From Callorhinchus milii (Eukaryota), in NCBI RefSeq assembly GCF_018977255.1, contig NW_024704743.1, positions 8,620,001-8,684,000 on the forward strand: DNA of 64,000 nt, read 5' to 3'. Numbering within the stretch: position 1 is the stretch's first letter; each line of letters opens with the position of its first letter. Of this stretch, positions 28,275 to 39,514 are shown one piece after another. The notes under the pieces are model-generated. The model made no database searches. It was given only the letters and a program-made list of their open reading frames with translations, and was not told the DNA's origin. A program made the translations under genes and the position numbers.

Positions 28275-31200
28275 CAATTCACCCAATATTACAGTTGAGC
28301 CTAATGCTCTCCTCACTTGACACCCACACTTGTGTGCACTTTCCAGCCGGGCTCAGTGGAAACCTTGGCTGACTTTTCCATTACCCAGTTTTGGGGAAAA
28401 GCAAAGCTAATTGCATTGTTCCTGTGTGCTGAGATCGACTAACCCACCACTGAATCAAGGATTGAACCTGGGCTCTTCACTGCCATCGGGCATTCTTAAA
28501 AAAGAATTGTTTATTAAGAGACAAAACTCTATTAAAAGGAATTTATCAAACCAGACTATGCGAGGAGCTAGCTGTATGTGGCTGACACAAGGAGTGATAA
28601 ATGAAAAGTTATATTAGAACCTGGAGTTCTCTAAAGCTAAAACTGAGTACTGAGTCATTGGGTTAGTTCTTTTAATGATTGTCTACACATTTGCACCAGT
28701 TTCTAAGCAGGACCGATGATACTGTACTGATATAATCAAGTTTGAACAAGTTGCAACAATAATCTATCTTGAACGCTATCTTTGAAAATATTCATTGATT
28801 TAAGTGCTATTTCCCCGAAGTACATTTCAGAACTACAGTTTCATATCCTTCCAATCAACACTCCGCCTCATCCAAAATTCACCAAAGTAAAACTGATCAA
28901 TTTGTTTTTCATAAATAAAAACAGAAGTCGCTGGGTAGACTTAGCATGTCAGGCAGCATCTCTGGAGAGAGAAAAGTGAGTTAAAATTTCAGGTAGATGA
29001 CCTTTCATCATCTGCAGTATTTTGCCTTTCCAATTTGTTTTTCATCTCATTTTTGTACAAAGGAGGCTGCTGATATAAATTCACTGCTGTTTTCTTTCTA
29101 TATTTATAACAAAAAACTCATAGCTTGAAGTGCTTTGAGATACTTCAGTGTGAATTTGTAGGACTGGAAACACCTAGCTGGAAAACTTATATTGTTTTAT
29201 TCTGTTTTCAGAAAGTCAGTTGAAAAGGGTAGCTACTAACCTCAAAGCCATAAATAACTGAGTACAACTTTTCCGCTGGCTGTAGCTGAGATGCAGAGTT
29301 TATTTTTAGTGTTTGTGACTAGATCAGTTTTGTAAAAAGCTCTGTCTGCACTATTCACTGAACTATATTTTTATCTTGTTGTTAAATTGTAGTTAGTGTA
29401 ACTTTTCATGAAATATGCTTTAGAATATATTCCATGAAGCGCTTTGAGACATCTCAACAAAATGGTAAGGTGTCAAATGAAATACAAGGATTATTATCAT
29501 TTATATTGACAAATGTTAATATACCCAGCATGTTTCAGTTAGCCCCTGTTGATTGTGAAGGTAGAAGTGCAAAGCAATTCTCATACACCTGTTGTCAATT
29601 TTACCAGACAGCGATATCAATGGCAAGCTTTGCAGTCTTAGCTGGTTAGACTCCAGCAGAACCCAAACCCACACTCTGAGGTCCCCAAGCCTTGGCTCTT
29701 GCCAACCTGCGCCTCTGAAATTTCCATGCGTAGGTGGGATACATGGAATTCTCAGCTTGATTTGGATACTTTTAAGTATGGTGATGGGTTTATGCATCTG
29801 TCAAATACCCAGTTGACCAAAAAAAAACATAAATACTAAACATGGTGGACACTGAGCAAGATGTGGGAGGAATTTAAATGTGACTGAAAGCACAGTCAAA
29901 TAAATAGTCTTTTAGGAGGATTTTATTTTGAAAGCAGGGAAGAAAGTACCACTTTTTCAATGTTATGCCACCCTGTAACTGTATATGCAGAAATATTTAG
30001 TCAAGGAAATGTTTATGTTACACTCGAATGCAGCCAGTCTCTGAAATGAAACAGAAAGTCTAGTGATATGTTGGCACTGCACTGTTCTCATGAGCAACAT
30101 TTCATTACAAAAAAGAAAAAATTATTTTTTACTCAGGCTGGACGTTTCTCCTCAATGTGAAGTTGAAATGATTCTTTTTTTTAAAACTTTGATCTTAAAA
30201 TTTAAGATCCCTGGGCAGTAATCACTTTGAGTCTGGAAACAGCATTAGGCTCTGCATCTTCTGACTAAGAGCAGGCAGCAGAGCCAGGGTGACACCCTGA
30301 TGCAACCTTAAAAGAAACAAACAGAAACTGTTGTGGTGACTGTTTTTCAGAAGCTGGGTGCCAGTAACAAACCCACAGGAGCAACTTTATTACCACAGGG
30401 TCACAACCTCCTTTCAACCTCCCTGTTCTTATCGTGCCCCAATACCCATCCTCCCATCACCCAGCATGTTCCAGTTAGCCCATGTTGATTGTGAAGATCT
30501 ATCAAATGCAAGGATTATTCATTATAAGATAGAAGTGCAAAGCAATTCTCATACACACTGTGGTCAATTTTACCTTTGAAAATCATCTAAGCTTAGGTTC
30601 ACTTTGCAATTTTACATCTTGCAATTTCATTGCGCTATTCACATAAACACTAAAGCAGTCACTGGGGGCATGGAGTCAGCCCATTCAGCTCCTTTTAACC
30701 CTGCAAGCCAAAGCCCTAATGGGCTTTGTGAAGTGAAGCGCTCCGAGATGTGTCGAAGATGCGATAAGATGCTATATTGAATGCAAGGATTATTATATTC
30801 TTTTAAACAAGTTCAGCATGCTGGTCTCAGCTATCCTTCCTGACCAGTTGTTATTTATTCTCTGGGTAAAGATAAAAAAATCACTCCCTGCTGTCTGTCC
30901 TAAACCTTTGCAACTCTAAACCTATGTCCTCTTGTTCTCCTGTCTTAATGTATCCTATAGAACAAACAGAAAAACATTCACTGCTGTGGTGATGTTTATC
31001 AGAAACTGGGTGCAGGCAAGAAAAAACACAAAAGCAACTTTCTTACCTTTGTCCTGGGTTTATATTTTTATCCCATTTAAACACCTTTACTGGGTCCCAT
31101 CTGAGATGTCTTCATGGAATGCTGTAGTTCAGTGGTTAGAATACGAATCATGGGATGCCATGTCCCAGGCAGGGCAAAACCTTAAGCAAATTTCCTCACT

Positions 31201-31715
31201 CCACATGCCTCTGTTTACCGAGTAGTGAGTAGGAACCCAGAAGTTAGTCGATTGGCAGATTGCTTTTCCGGGGGTAATAATTCCTGCAAAAAAAATTAAA
31301 TTGATTACTTCATTCCATGCCTGTCAGACTAACTCTGTTCTAAGGGCTACAGGTTTCTTTATAGTGAGTATAGCGCAGGCCTGTTGGCGGTCCACACTGG
31401 GTTGGAAGCATGGGGCACCTAACAACCAGAACAACAACTAAGGTTTATATTGTGCCCTTCATGCCGGACAGTGTCTCGGAGCACTTAACCCAGCTGCTGG
31501 TACCAATTAGCTCTAAACATGGCTGACTCTCAAATTGTCAGATTATCACAGATTTCCTGTACAAGATGCATATGCATTATGAGGTGGAAGCAATGCTGAA
31601 ATTATGTCCTGCACACGGCACAGTAAAACCCTTTGAACAGCATCGAGAAGTATCAACAACTTAATAAAGTGCCACATCAAATTGAAGATTATTATTATTA
31701 TGAGCTCTATGTGAT

Positions 31716-31976
31716 ATAATAATAATCCTTGCATTTGATATAGCGCTTTTCACGTCTTCTAGACATCCCAAAGCGCTTCACAGAAAAAACAGCAATGTCC
31801 CACAGACAGTCATGGATTGAAAATGACCAATTTATTATTGTTTTGGTTTTTTTGGAAGGATTATTATCAGGCGTGTGGAGTAAGGAAACTTGCCCAAGGT
31901 TTCGCCCTGCCTGGAATTGAACTCGGGTCTCTCACTTGCAAAGTGAGGGCTCTAACCACTGAGCTACAGGACTCCA
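31716..31976 (-). mobile_element. tRNA-Ala-derived SINE, copy B (internal deletion)
   Basis: Family head and tail present; lacks the ~55 nt between cacagaa and cagcaatgtccc. Confidence 0.9.
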
Positions 31977-32708
31977 CAATGACAAGTGTTGCTTCTTGTA
32001 CAAAGGAGGTATTTGCAAAACATATGAAAAGTAACATCAATGACAACCTGACAATCTGGAAGTCAGGTTTTTTTTTACTCTCTTTTAACAAGGACTCAGA
32101 CCTACCTCTGTGTTATGGGTTGTTCTGTACAGTCTTAATTTTGATGTTGGGTTTTCTGTAAATTCTTTTCAGATTACAGAAAACTCACTTAAAGCTAAAA
32201 CTGAATTCAACAATGAGCTAATTCCAGTATGCTCTGGAAGGTTACATTAAACAGAACAAATCTAGACTCTATAGTATTTCTGCTTGTCCTCTGATGAATT
32301 TTAAGATCCAATAACCTTATTCAAAAAGACAAGGTAGTTTCTGCCTGTGCAATCCTTCCACTCTTTCAAGATACACCTCAAAACGTACCTCTTTGTCTGT
32401 GCTTTCAGTCAACTTTCCCTTCCTCAGCTCCCACCCTCCACCCAGCCAGAATTGTCAAGTGCTTTGGGACATCCTCTCTATATGAAAGATTCTATATAAG
32501 TATAAATTGTATTGCCCTTCACTCAGCCAGCTCAGGCTTTCTGTGCATCCCTTGTCCCCTCCGCTTCACCATTGGTGGCCTGCTCTTCGATACCACACCT
32601 CAAACCTCTGGATCTTCCTGCTTCCGTCCCATTGTCTTGCTCCCTCTTTTCCTCATCTTCAGATCACACCTAAAGACTTTCCTCTTTGAACGCGCCTACG
32701 ATCCGCTG

Positions 32709-33320
32709 TAGGGATTGCATTTCCGGTGCTTTTTCTGAATTCTGGGATTTTGGGATACTAATGCCCAAATCTGGATGCTAAGTTTTGCCTCAGAAAAACG
32801 CTGGGGAACTCAGCCAAGAGCGCTGGTGCTGAGCCAGTCACTGATTCACCTCCCTCCCCACCTGCCTCCACTTTCCACAAAATCTAACTAATCCAGAACT
32901 TCCCTGCCCATATACAGTACAATACAATACATGTGTATACTCCTTTCACGTCGGTAGGACGTCCCAAGGCGCTGGCCAGCCAGGGAGAAACTCAATGAGG
33001 GTTATTGGCACACATAGGGAGAAGAGGGAGAAAGAACGTCAAATATAGAGAGAGAGAGACTGAGATAGCGAGAAGTGACACATTGACAAATGAATGTAAC
33101 ACTAACAGAAAGAAACTAAGAGGATCGTAGGGTTGGGGGTTGGGGAAAGGAAGAGAGACAGAAAACAACGCAGTGATGAATAGAAAACAACTTTGCTGCT
33201 GATTTTTACATGTTTTCATACAATCCTGAAATTCTGGGATTCTCTTCTGTAAATCCCAGGATTTCAAAAGCACCATCGTATGGGATCCCATAATCGAGAT
33301 TCCCTGGATTGCAACCCATA
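32709..33320. mobile_element. Non-autonomous DNA transposon (hAT-like MITE) inserted in an L2 3' remnant
   Basis: Imperfect TIRs tagggattgcatttccgg / ctggattgcaacccata, subterminal (gg)gatt/aatccc motifs, and degraded 8-bp flanks atccgctg / atcccctc. Confidence 0.6.
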
Positions 33321-33665
33321 ATCCCCTCCCCTTTCTCCCCAGCTCGGTGTCAAACTATGTTATGTTAAATGCTCTGAGGCAGTACCCCGCATGAATTGGC
33401 ACCATATATAAAGGCACTTGTATAACAACCCTCCAGATTAATCAGCCATTCATCTCCTGGCTGTTTGTGGGACTTGTGCGTATATTGGCGGCTACCTTTA
33501 CCAGCAAAAAAAGTCACAAGCAATTTCTATAAAGCACTTTGAGAAATTTTGGTACACCATTACAAAAACGTACAATCTTTGATGGGAAAAGTGATCCAGT
33601 CTTAAGCCAGTAAAAGGTCAGGCCTCTGTAACCCTGAGAATTGAGGCAAACCTTAGTGTGGGCTA

Positions 33666-33930
33666 GGCAGGGCGAAACCTTGGGCAAGTTTCCTTACTCC
33701 ACACAGAGCCTAATAATAATCCCTCCAAAAAAAAAAACAATAATTAAATTGGTCATTTTCAATCTACGACTGTTTGTGGGACATTGCTGTGCGCAATTGG
33801 CTGCCGCGTTCGCCCACAAATATACAGTCAAATCACTTTACAGTGTGTTCTGTGAAGCGCTTTGGGACGTCCTCCCGACGTGAAAAGCGCTATATCAAAT
33901 GCAAGGATTATTATTATTATTATTATTATT
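33666..33930 (+). mobile_element. tRNA-Ala-family SINE, 5'-truncated
   Basis: ggcagggcgaaaccttgggcaag...aaatgcaagga(tta)n. Confidence 0.9.
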
Positions 33931-34059
33931 TAGCAGTCTAGAACAGCAGCAAGCTTTTCCTGAAAAAAGATTTTGTTGATTCAAGAGGGTGGAATAATTC
34001 ATGATTGACAGTCTCTTGTGAGATCAGACTTTTGGGGTCACAGTTCTGGATAATAATAT

Positions 34060-34353
34060 AATAATAATCCTTGCATTTGATATAGCGCTTTTCACGCCTT
34101 CTAGATGTCTCAAAGCGCTTCACAGAATAGACTGTAAAGTAAATTGACTGTATATTTGTGAGCGAAATGCAGCAGCCAATTGTGCACAGTAGTGTCCCAC
34201 AAACAGTCATGGATTGAAATGACCAATTTATTATTGTTTTTTTTTAAGGGATTATTATCAGGCGTGTGGAGTAAGTAAACTTGCCCAAGGTTTCATCCTG
34301 CCGGGAATCGAACCCAGGTCTCTCGCTTGCAAAGCGAGTGCTCTAACCACTGA
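34060..34353 (-). mobile_element. tRNA-Ala-family SINE, nearly full length
   Basis: Reverse complement of the family sequence. Confidence 0.9.
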
Positions 34354-36374
34354 GGAGGAATACCAAGATGTAGATAACCTGCCACCACAAATCTCAAATT
34401 CCTAAACTGTTTGAAGGTAGCAAAGCTATTTGATGAACGAAAGTACAGTTTCTTAAATTTGCCATTGCCATTGGTTCTATTCAAGTTAATGAAGAGACAA
34501 TGAGCTAGCTGTCAATTTTGTATAGCGGTTGACCTAATAAATAGATCAACCACTATACAAAACGTTAACACAGCTTTTAAAAGGAGCACTGCTTAATATT
34601 CTTTGGCACATTGTTGCTTTGGCATAACGTACAAATTGTGGGTTAACTAAAATGTATTTAACATCTTCTATGATAGTGATTATATTTGTTAACAATCCCA
34701 AACATTCAAGTACATAAGATAACTAATGCACTGGGAATGACTGGGCAGAAAATGTATTGAAACCAGCTACACATGTTAAGCCATTAAAGGAAATGATGTA
34801 TTTGTAGGCAGGACAGATCAGAACACTGAATAGAACTAGACAAAGAATTCAGCCGGATAGTGTCTTATCTTACTCTAAACATAAAGGTTACCAATACCAG
34901 ATTTAAACGGCAATTTAAAATATATTTGTGCACAAAAACAGGTAAAGGTTCTTTACCTTTTGAATTCTGACCTGTGGGCTAGGGGTTAGCCAAGCTCATT
35001 AGTAGCACTCACGCCTCTGAATTAGAAGGCAACTTATACCTCGACTTTGAACTCATTCTCTTTGTTGAGGATGAGACTCCAATGCAGTGCTGGGGAAACG
35101 CCGCATTGCTGGAGGTCCTATCCTTCAAATTGTTTTTGATTCTTTCTGACAATGTACAACACTCTTGGATAAACAGCTACAACAATAAAGCACTGTTTGA
35201 AAGGGAAATGTAAAGACTGCAGAAAAGGAATTGACCAGATCAAACTGTACTGTACAATGATTATAGCATCAATCAGGAATTCATTTTCACATTCCTGCAA
35301 CACCAATAATGCTCCAAAAGTGCTGTGTGAACACAAGGAGATATCCATCTGGTGTGGCAGATGCCTGGAGACATTGTTTGATTGCAGCATTAGTTTGATC
35401 AGAGCATCAGTTTGGGCCACCTGCTGACAAATATTGAATGAGGCGTGGATGGCTGCAATCAGTAAACTAACAAATCGATCGGTTCCTTCAGGCATCCCAT
35501 ACCTTGGACTCATTCATGACTGATTTAACCTGCATGCATTGCAGAAGGAAGAGAGGTTGCCTAAATTAGAGCGCTAACCAGAGATAACCATTCTCTTTAT
35601 CAATGCACTGTTCACGTCCCATCGAATCATTTACTTGTCAGTTCCCAATTTGCTTCTCTTCTACACTGGGGTGTCATCACATTAAAACTGCATTTGACTG
35701 CTGCACTATTGAAAGCTAAACAAGATAGTCACCAGGCCCTTGTGCTAGCATAGGAAACTAACTGATTTGATCTGAGTACTATCAAATAAAGCACAAAATA
35801 CTTTGGTGTCCAGTAACAAGGTACATTTATTAGCTCTGGGAAGAGTTGAGGGAAAGCAGATTCCACTAATCTGTAAAATTTCCATGTCGGGGTGTGGAGA
35901 AATCCACTTTGATCATTCTCAGGCAGGGCAAAACCTGTTTGCTTATTCCACACACCTAGCAGTAAGTAGGAACCCAGTTGTTAGTCGATTGGCGAATCGC
36001 TTTCCAGGGGATTTCCAGCCAGTGTAGAGCTGAGGATTGACATTGATGGAGAAATATCTTCAAAGACAGTCTGTTATAATAAAGTAGCAATGTCTGAACA
36101 CAATAGCTTATTACAGCAGTTATTTTAAACTGATGTTACAGTAAAATCACTATTTAGGGCCATGGAGACCAAAGTTTGATTGTCTGGTGAAGATGTCATG
36201 GGATCAGCCATCCAACCCCCAGTTCAAGTGCACATCCTTGACTGTCCAGCACTTTGGGACATCCTCCTGACATGGAAGGTGCTATACAAATGTAATTTGT
36301 ACAACAGGAAACAGCAGCAGCCACTTACATTCACCCTATCAGGCAATTTTGATACCAGTATACCAACAACAACT

Positions 36375-38150
36375 TGCATTTACGTAACACCCTTCATTCG
36401 GGGTAGTGTCTCAGAGCGCTCAACAGTAACGGAGCCCAACGCCGAGCTTGGGGGAGGGTGGAGGTGACCATCAGCACAGTCCAAGAAGGTCTTCAATGAT
36501 GATTTGAAAAAGGGGAAACAGGGGGCAAGGTGGAGGGATTGATGGAGAGGGTTCTAAAGCTTCTGGGCAATTGCCAAAAGCATAGACTCTTATGGTGTAC
36601 CAGAGGGAACGAGGGACAAGCATGTGGGCCGGAGTCAGCCGAACATAGGATGTTGATTCGTTCTGTGAAAGGGAGCCAGTGGAGCCTGGTGAAAGGGATA
36701 CAAAGTTTAACATGGGAGTATAGTCAGGAAGTTCTGGATTAGTTGGGTTTTGTGAATAGTGGAGATGGGGAGACCAGTGAGGAGGTCATTGGACTAATCG
36801 AGGCAGGAGGCGACAAAAGGGTGGACGATGATCTCATCTGCATTGGGTGCGAGGTAAGGTTGGAAGCAGGCAATGTGACAAAGGTTGAGGAAAATTGTCC
36901 TGATTAGGGACTGGATGTGGAGTAAAAAAAATAGCTAATCGAACCTGACATCTATGTTACATACAAGTTTGGCAAGTCTTAGATTTTGAGGGGTAGTGGG
37001 ACAAAGCCCAAGGAGAGTGGACTGGTTAATGGTGTCTACTAGCAGGGGGGAGAGGAAGGAGGAGTTGAGTGACCAGCAACTAGGCAGGGAGGGGTTCAAG
37101 GCAGCAAGTAGTGGGCTTATGTGGATGATGATGGTTGAGAGGAAGGAGAAATGGGGGCAAAGGATTCTAGGGTGGAGACAGTGGTGAGAGCCATGACAGG
37201 AGTGGGTGTTAGGGGACGTGCGGGAGGAGGCTGTTAGGCAGATATTATCTGATTATCTGTCTTTGAGTCAATAGTAGTCTAGGATCTCTTCGTACTTGGC
37301 ACTGGATGTGAGGATCAAGGGTGCTTGAGAAGGTACGTGGAGGAGGTGATGAGTGAAGAACAGCACTTTGGTGTTATTTTTGGCCTCCAGAATGGCCTGA
37401 GAATAGAAGGCAGTTTATTCCACTTTATTAATGAGTCAAACAGCCTACTTCAGTTCACTAGCACTCGCGAAATCTTAGCACAATTTGGATGAGGAAATTG
37501 GTTTCATTGCTTCCGCACTGTGGACCTCAAAGACCCCGTCAGATAGAAGAATAAGGAGACAATGTTAATTAATAAACATTCCCATTAAATATGTAATTAT
37601 CCATTAGAAGGATAACAATAACTTTGATCAGGAGAACAAGGACACGGGGGGGGGGGGGGGCAACCAGGTTTCAATGAGCCCAAGAAAGTTGATATGTTCG
37701 TCCAGGATGAGGTCATGGATTGCAAGGGCTTTATTGGAGAGGATACGGACATTTTGGAGGGAAATGCGAATGGGTGCACTGGTGGAGGTGGGCTTTGGAG
37801 GGTAGGTTTTGGGCTATGGGGGAGAAAATGTCTGTAGAGAAGTGGGGGGGGGGGGGGCGGAGAGAAAGAGAGTTGGGAAGGGTAAGGATGTGGATGAGAG
37901 AAGGGTTGTTTGCCTTTTGGAAGTGGTGGGGGGGTGGGCATCTGTTTCAGAGAGAGTTGGCGATGGTGACTGCTTGGGACAACCATCGCCAAGAGGCACG
38001 ATGGGCTTGTGGAGGATGCCAAAGCTGGTGCAAAAGGAGCAGTGAGTGGTCCAGGAGAGAGGACTGATTGGGAATAGCGGAGGGTGGGGAGTAGAAGGGG
38101 CAGTATTTTCAGGGGTTGGGGGCTCAGGTTGGCAGCCAAGATGCGCACGC
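36375..38150 (-). mobile_element. Old, internally deleted L2 LINE (APE start to 3' tail)
   Basis: Minus strand ~37660-37760 reads LQNVRILSNKALAIHDLILDEHINFLGLIETWL (APE motif). C/T-rich L2-like body, with a tail ending (ttg)n near 36370. Confidence 0.7.
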
Positions 38151-38324
38151 GAAGATTAATGAAACAGCCTCAATTTAAAAAAAGGGCCCAAACCAAAAAG
38201 GTCAAATCTATTTTTTTCAGGCAGCACTTTTAATAAGTTCAGTGACATCAATGGGCACTTGCATATGATGGCTCAAACAAGAAGCAAAAAGTATAAAAAA
38301 ATAAGGTAGAATGAAAGACAAGCA

Positions 38325-39448
38325 ATAGTAATTTTTACAAAGTTTTTATTTAATAAATAACTCCAGTAAAGTGTATGGCAATAGCGAAAATATTGTTAAA
38401 ATAAAAAGGCACTTAAACCAAGAATGTGATCTGAGTGAAGTAGGCGATAGGTTAGGGCAGAAAAAATGGCAAACTACAGCACTTGTTTCCAGCACGTAGC
38501 TAATTAACTAAATACGATGTATTAGTACTATTGATCCATTAGGCATGAGGGACTGTCCCAATGATTGTCTAAAAGTTTAACAGTAACTGATTGAAAAATA
38601 AAGAAAAAATGGTTATGTCGGCAAATACAACAACTTAATGGCTAGTGGTTGCACAAAATACTTACATTAAAAAGTTCGCAAAATTATATACTGATAGACT
38701 TGCAATTAATATCAAAACCAAGTTTGATCTGTCATGATTTGGCAGAGTTCATTTACAATTAAATAAGGCTGTCCCCATTTGGCAAAATAGTGTATGTATA
38801 TATTCAGGTAAATTTCTGTTACAAGTTTAATACAGTTGCAATACTTAATGCTCAACTGTCCTATTCTAATAGGCAGTAAGAAGACACCTGGGCGTGGGTT
38901 TTATAAGACACAATGTGACCTTAACTGTCAGATATCTGAATTTTTCAGCTGTTTACAATCAAATAATGTATGAATCAATTTTCTCTTCTGCAGAACTCTT
39001 ACATGCACACTGGCAGATCAATGTAGAATTTACTCCAAAGTGTTCGTTTTGGCACATTAAATGAATGATTTTTTTTCTCCTGCTTTCAAACTTTACCCAG
39101 TTTACAATACTGACTTGAGAATTCATGCAGTAATTTTGGATGGCCAAAATCCAGAGAAAAGTAAAAAAAAAATAAAAGAAAGTTGTCCATCATTGAAATA
39201 ATCACAATTCATTCTACAGCCACTCTGCACCCCATTCAACTTAAGTTCTAAAAACATTATGCAATCTTTGTTTACACATACTGTACACACATTTCAAAAT
39301 CTGCATAGAAAAACTTACACTGTCTGTTAGTAAATCACAGCAAAGTGATCTAAAGCTAATTTGTGGCTACAAAAACAAAAAAACCCTATTATCCATACAG
39401 TTTCCATAATGCAAAAGAACCCTCAAAAGATATGCACATAAAACTCCA
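38325..39448 (-). other. ITGB1: Probable ITGB1 3' UTR (~1.1 kb)
   Basis: AT-rich sequence with no recognisable repeats between the beta1A stop and an AATAAA at 38345-38350 (minus). The cleavage site is inferred. Confidence 0.65.
38345..38350 (-). terminator. Candidate polyadenylation signal AATAAA
   Basis: Plus strand tttatt. Followed on the minus strand by U/GU-rich sequence (ttgcttgtctttc...tttttt). Repeat-derived DNA resumes just beyond. Confidence 0.6.
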
Positions 39449-39514
39449 TCATTTGCCCTCATACTTTGGGTTGACAACAGTCGTCACAGCACTCTTGTAG
39501 ATTGGATTTTCACC
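39449..39514 (-). CDS. ITGB1: ITGB1 last coding exon (beta1A cytoplasmic tail) including TGA
   Basis: ttctag/GGTGAAAAT...; GENPIYKSAVTTVVNPKYEGK*, the canonical beta1A tail. Confidence 0.98.
   Translation of the reverse strand, partial: GENPIYKSAVTTVVNPKYEGK

Noticed and set aside
1..38000. A second host protein-coding gene among the many short ORFs
   Set aside because: The longer ORFs map to LINE/SINE sequence or their antisense strands, and no spliceable exon chain was recognised. Small divergent exons could have been missed by eye.
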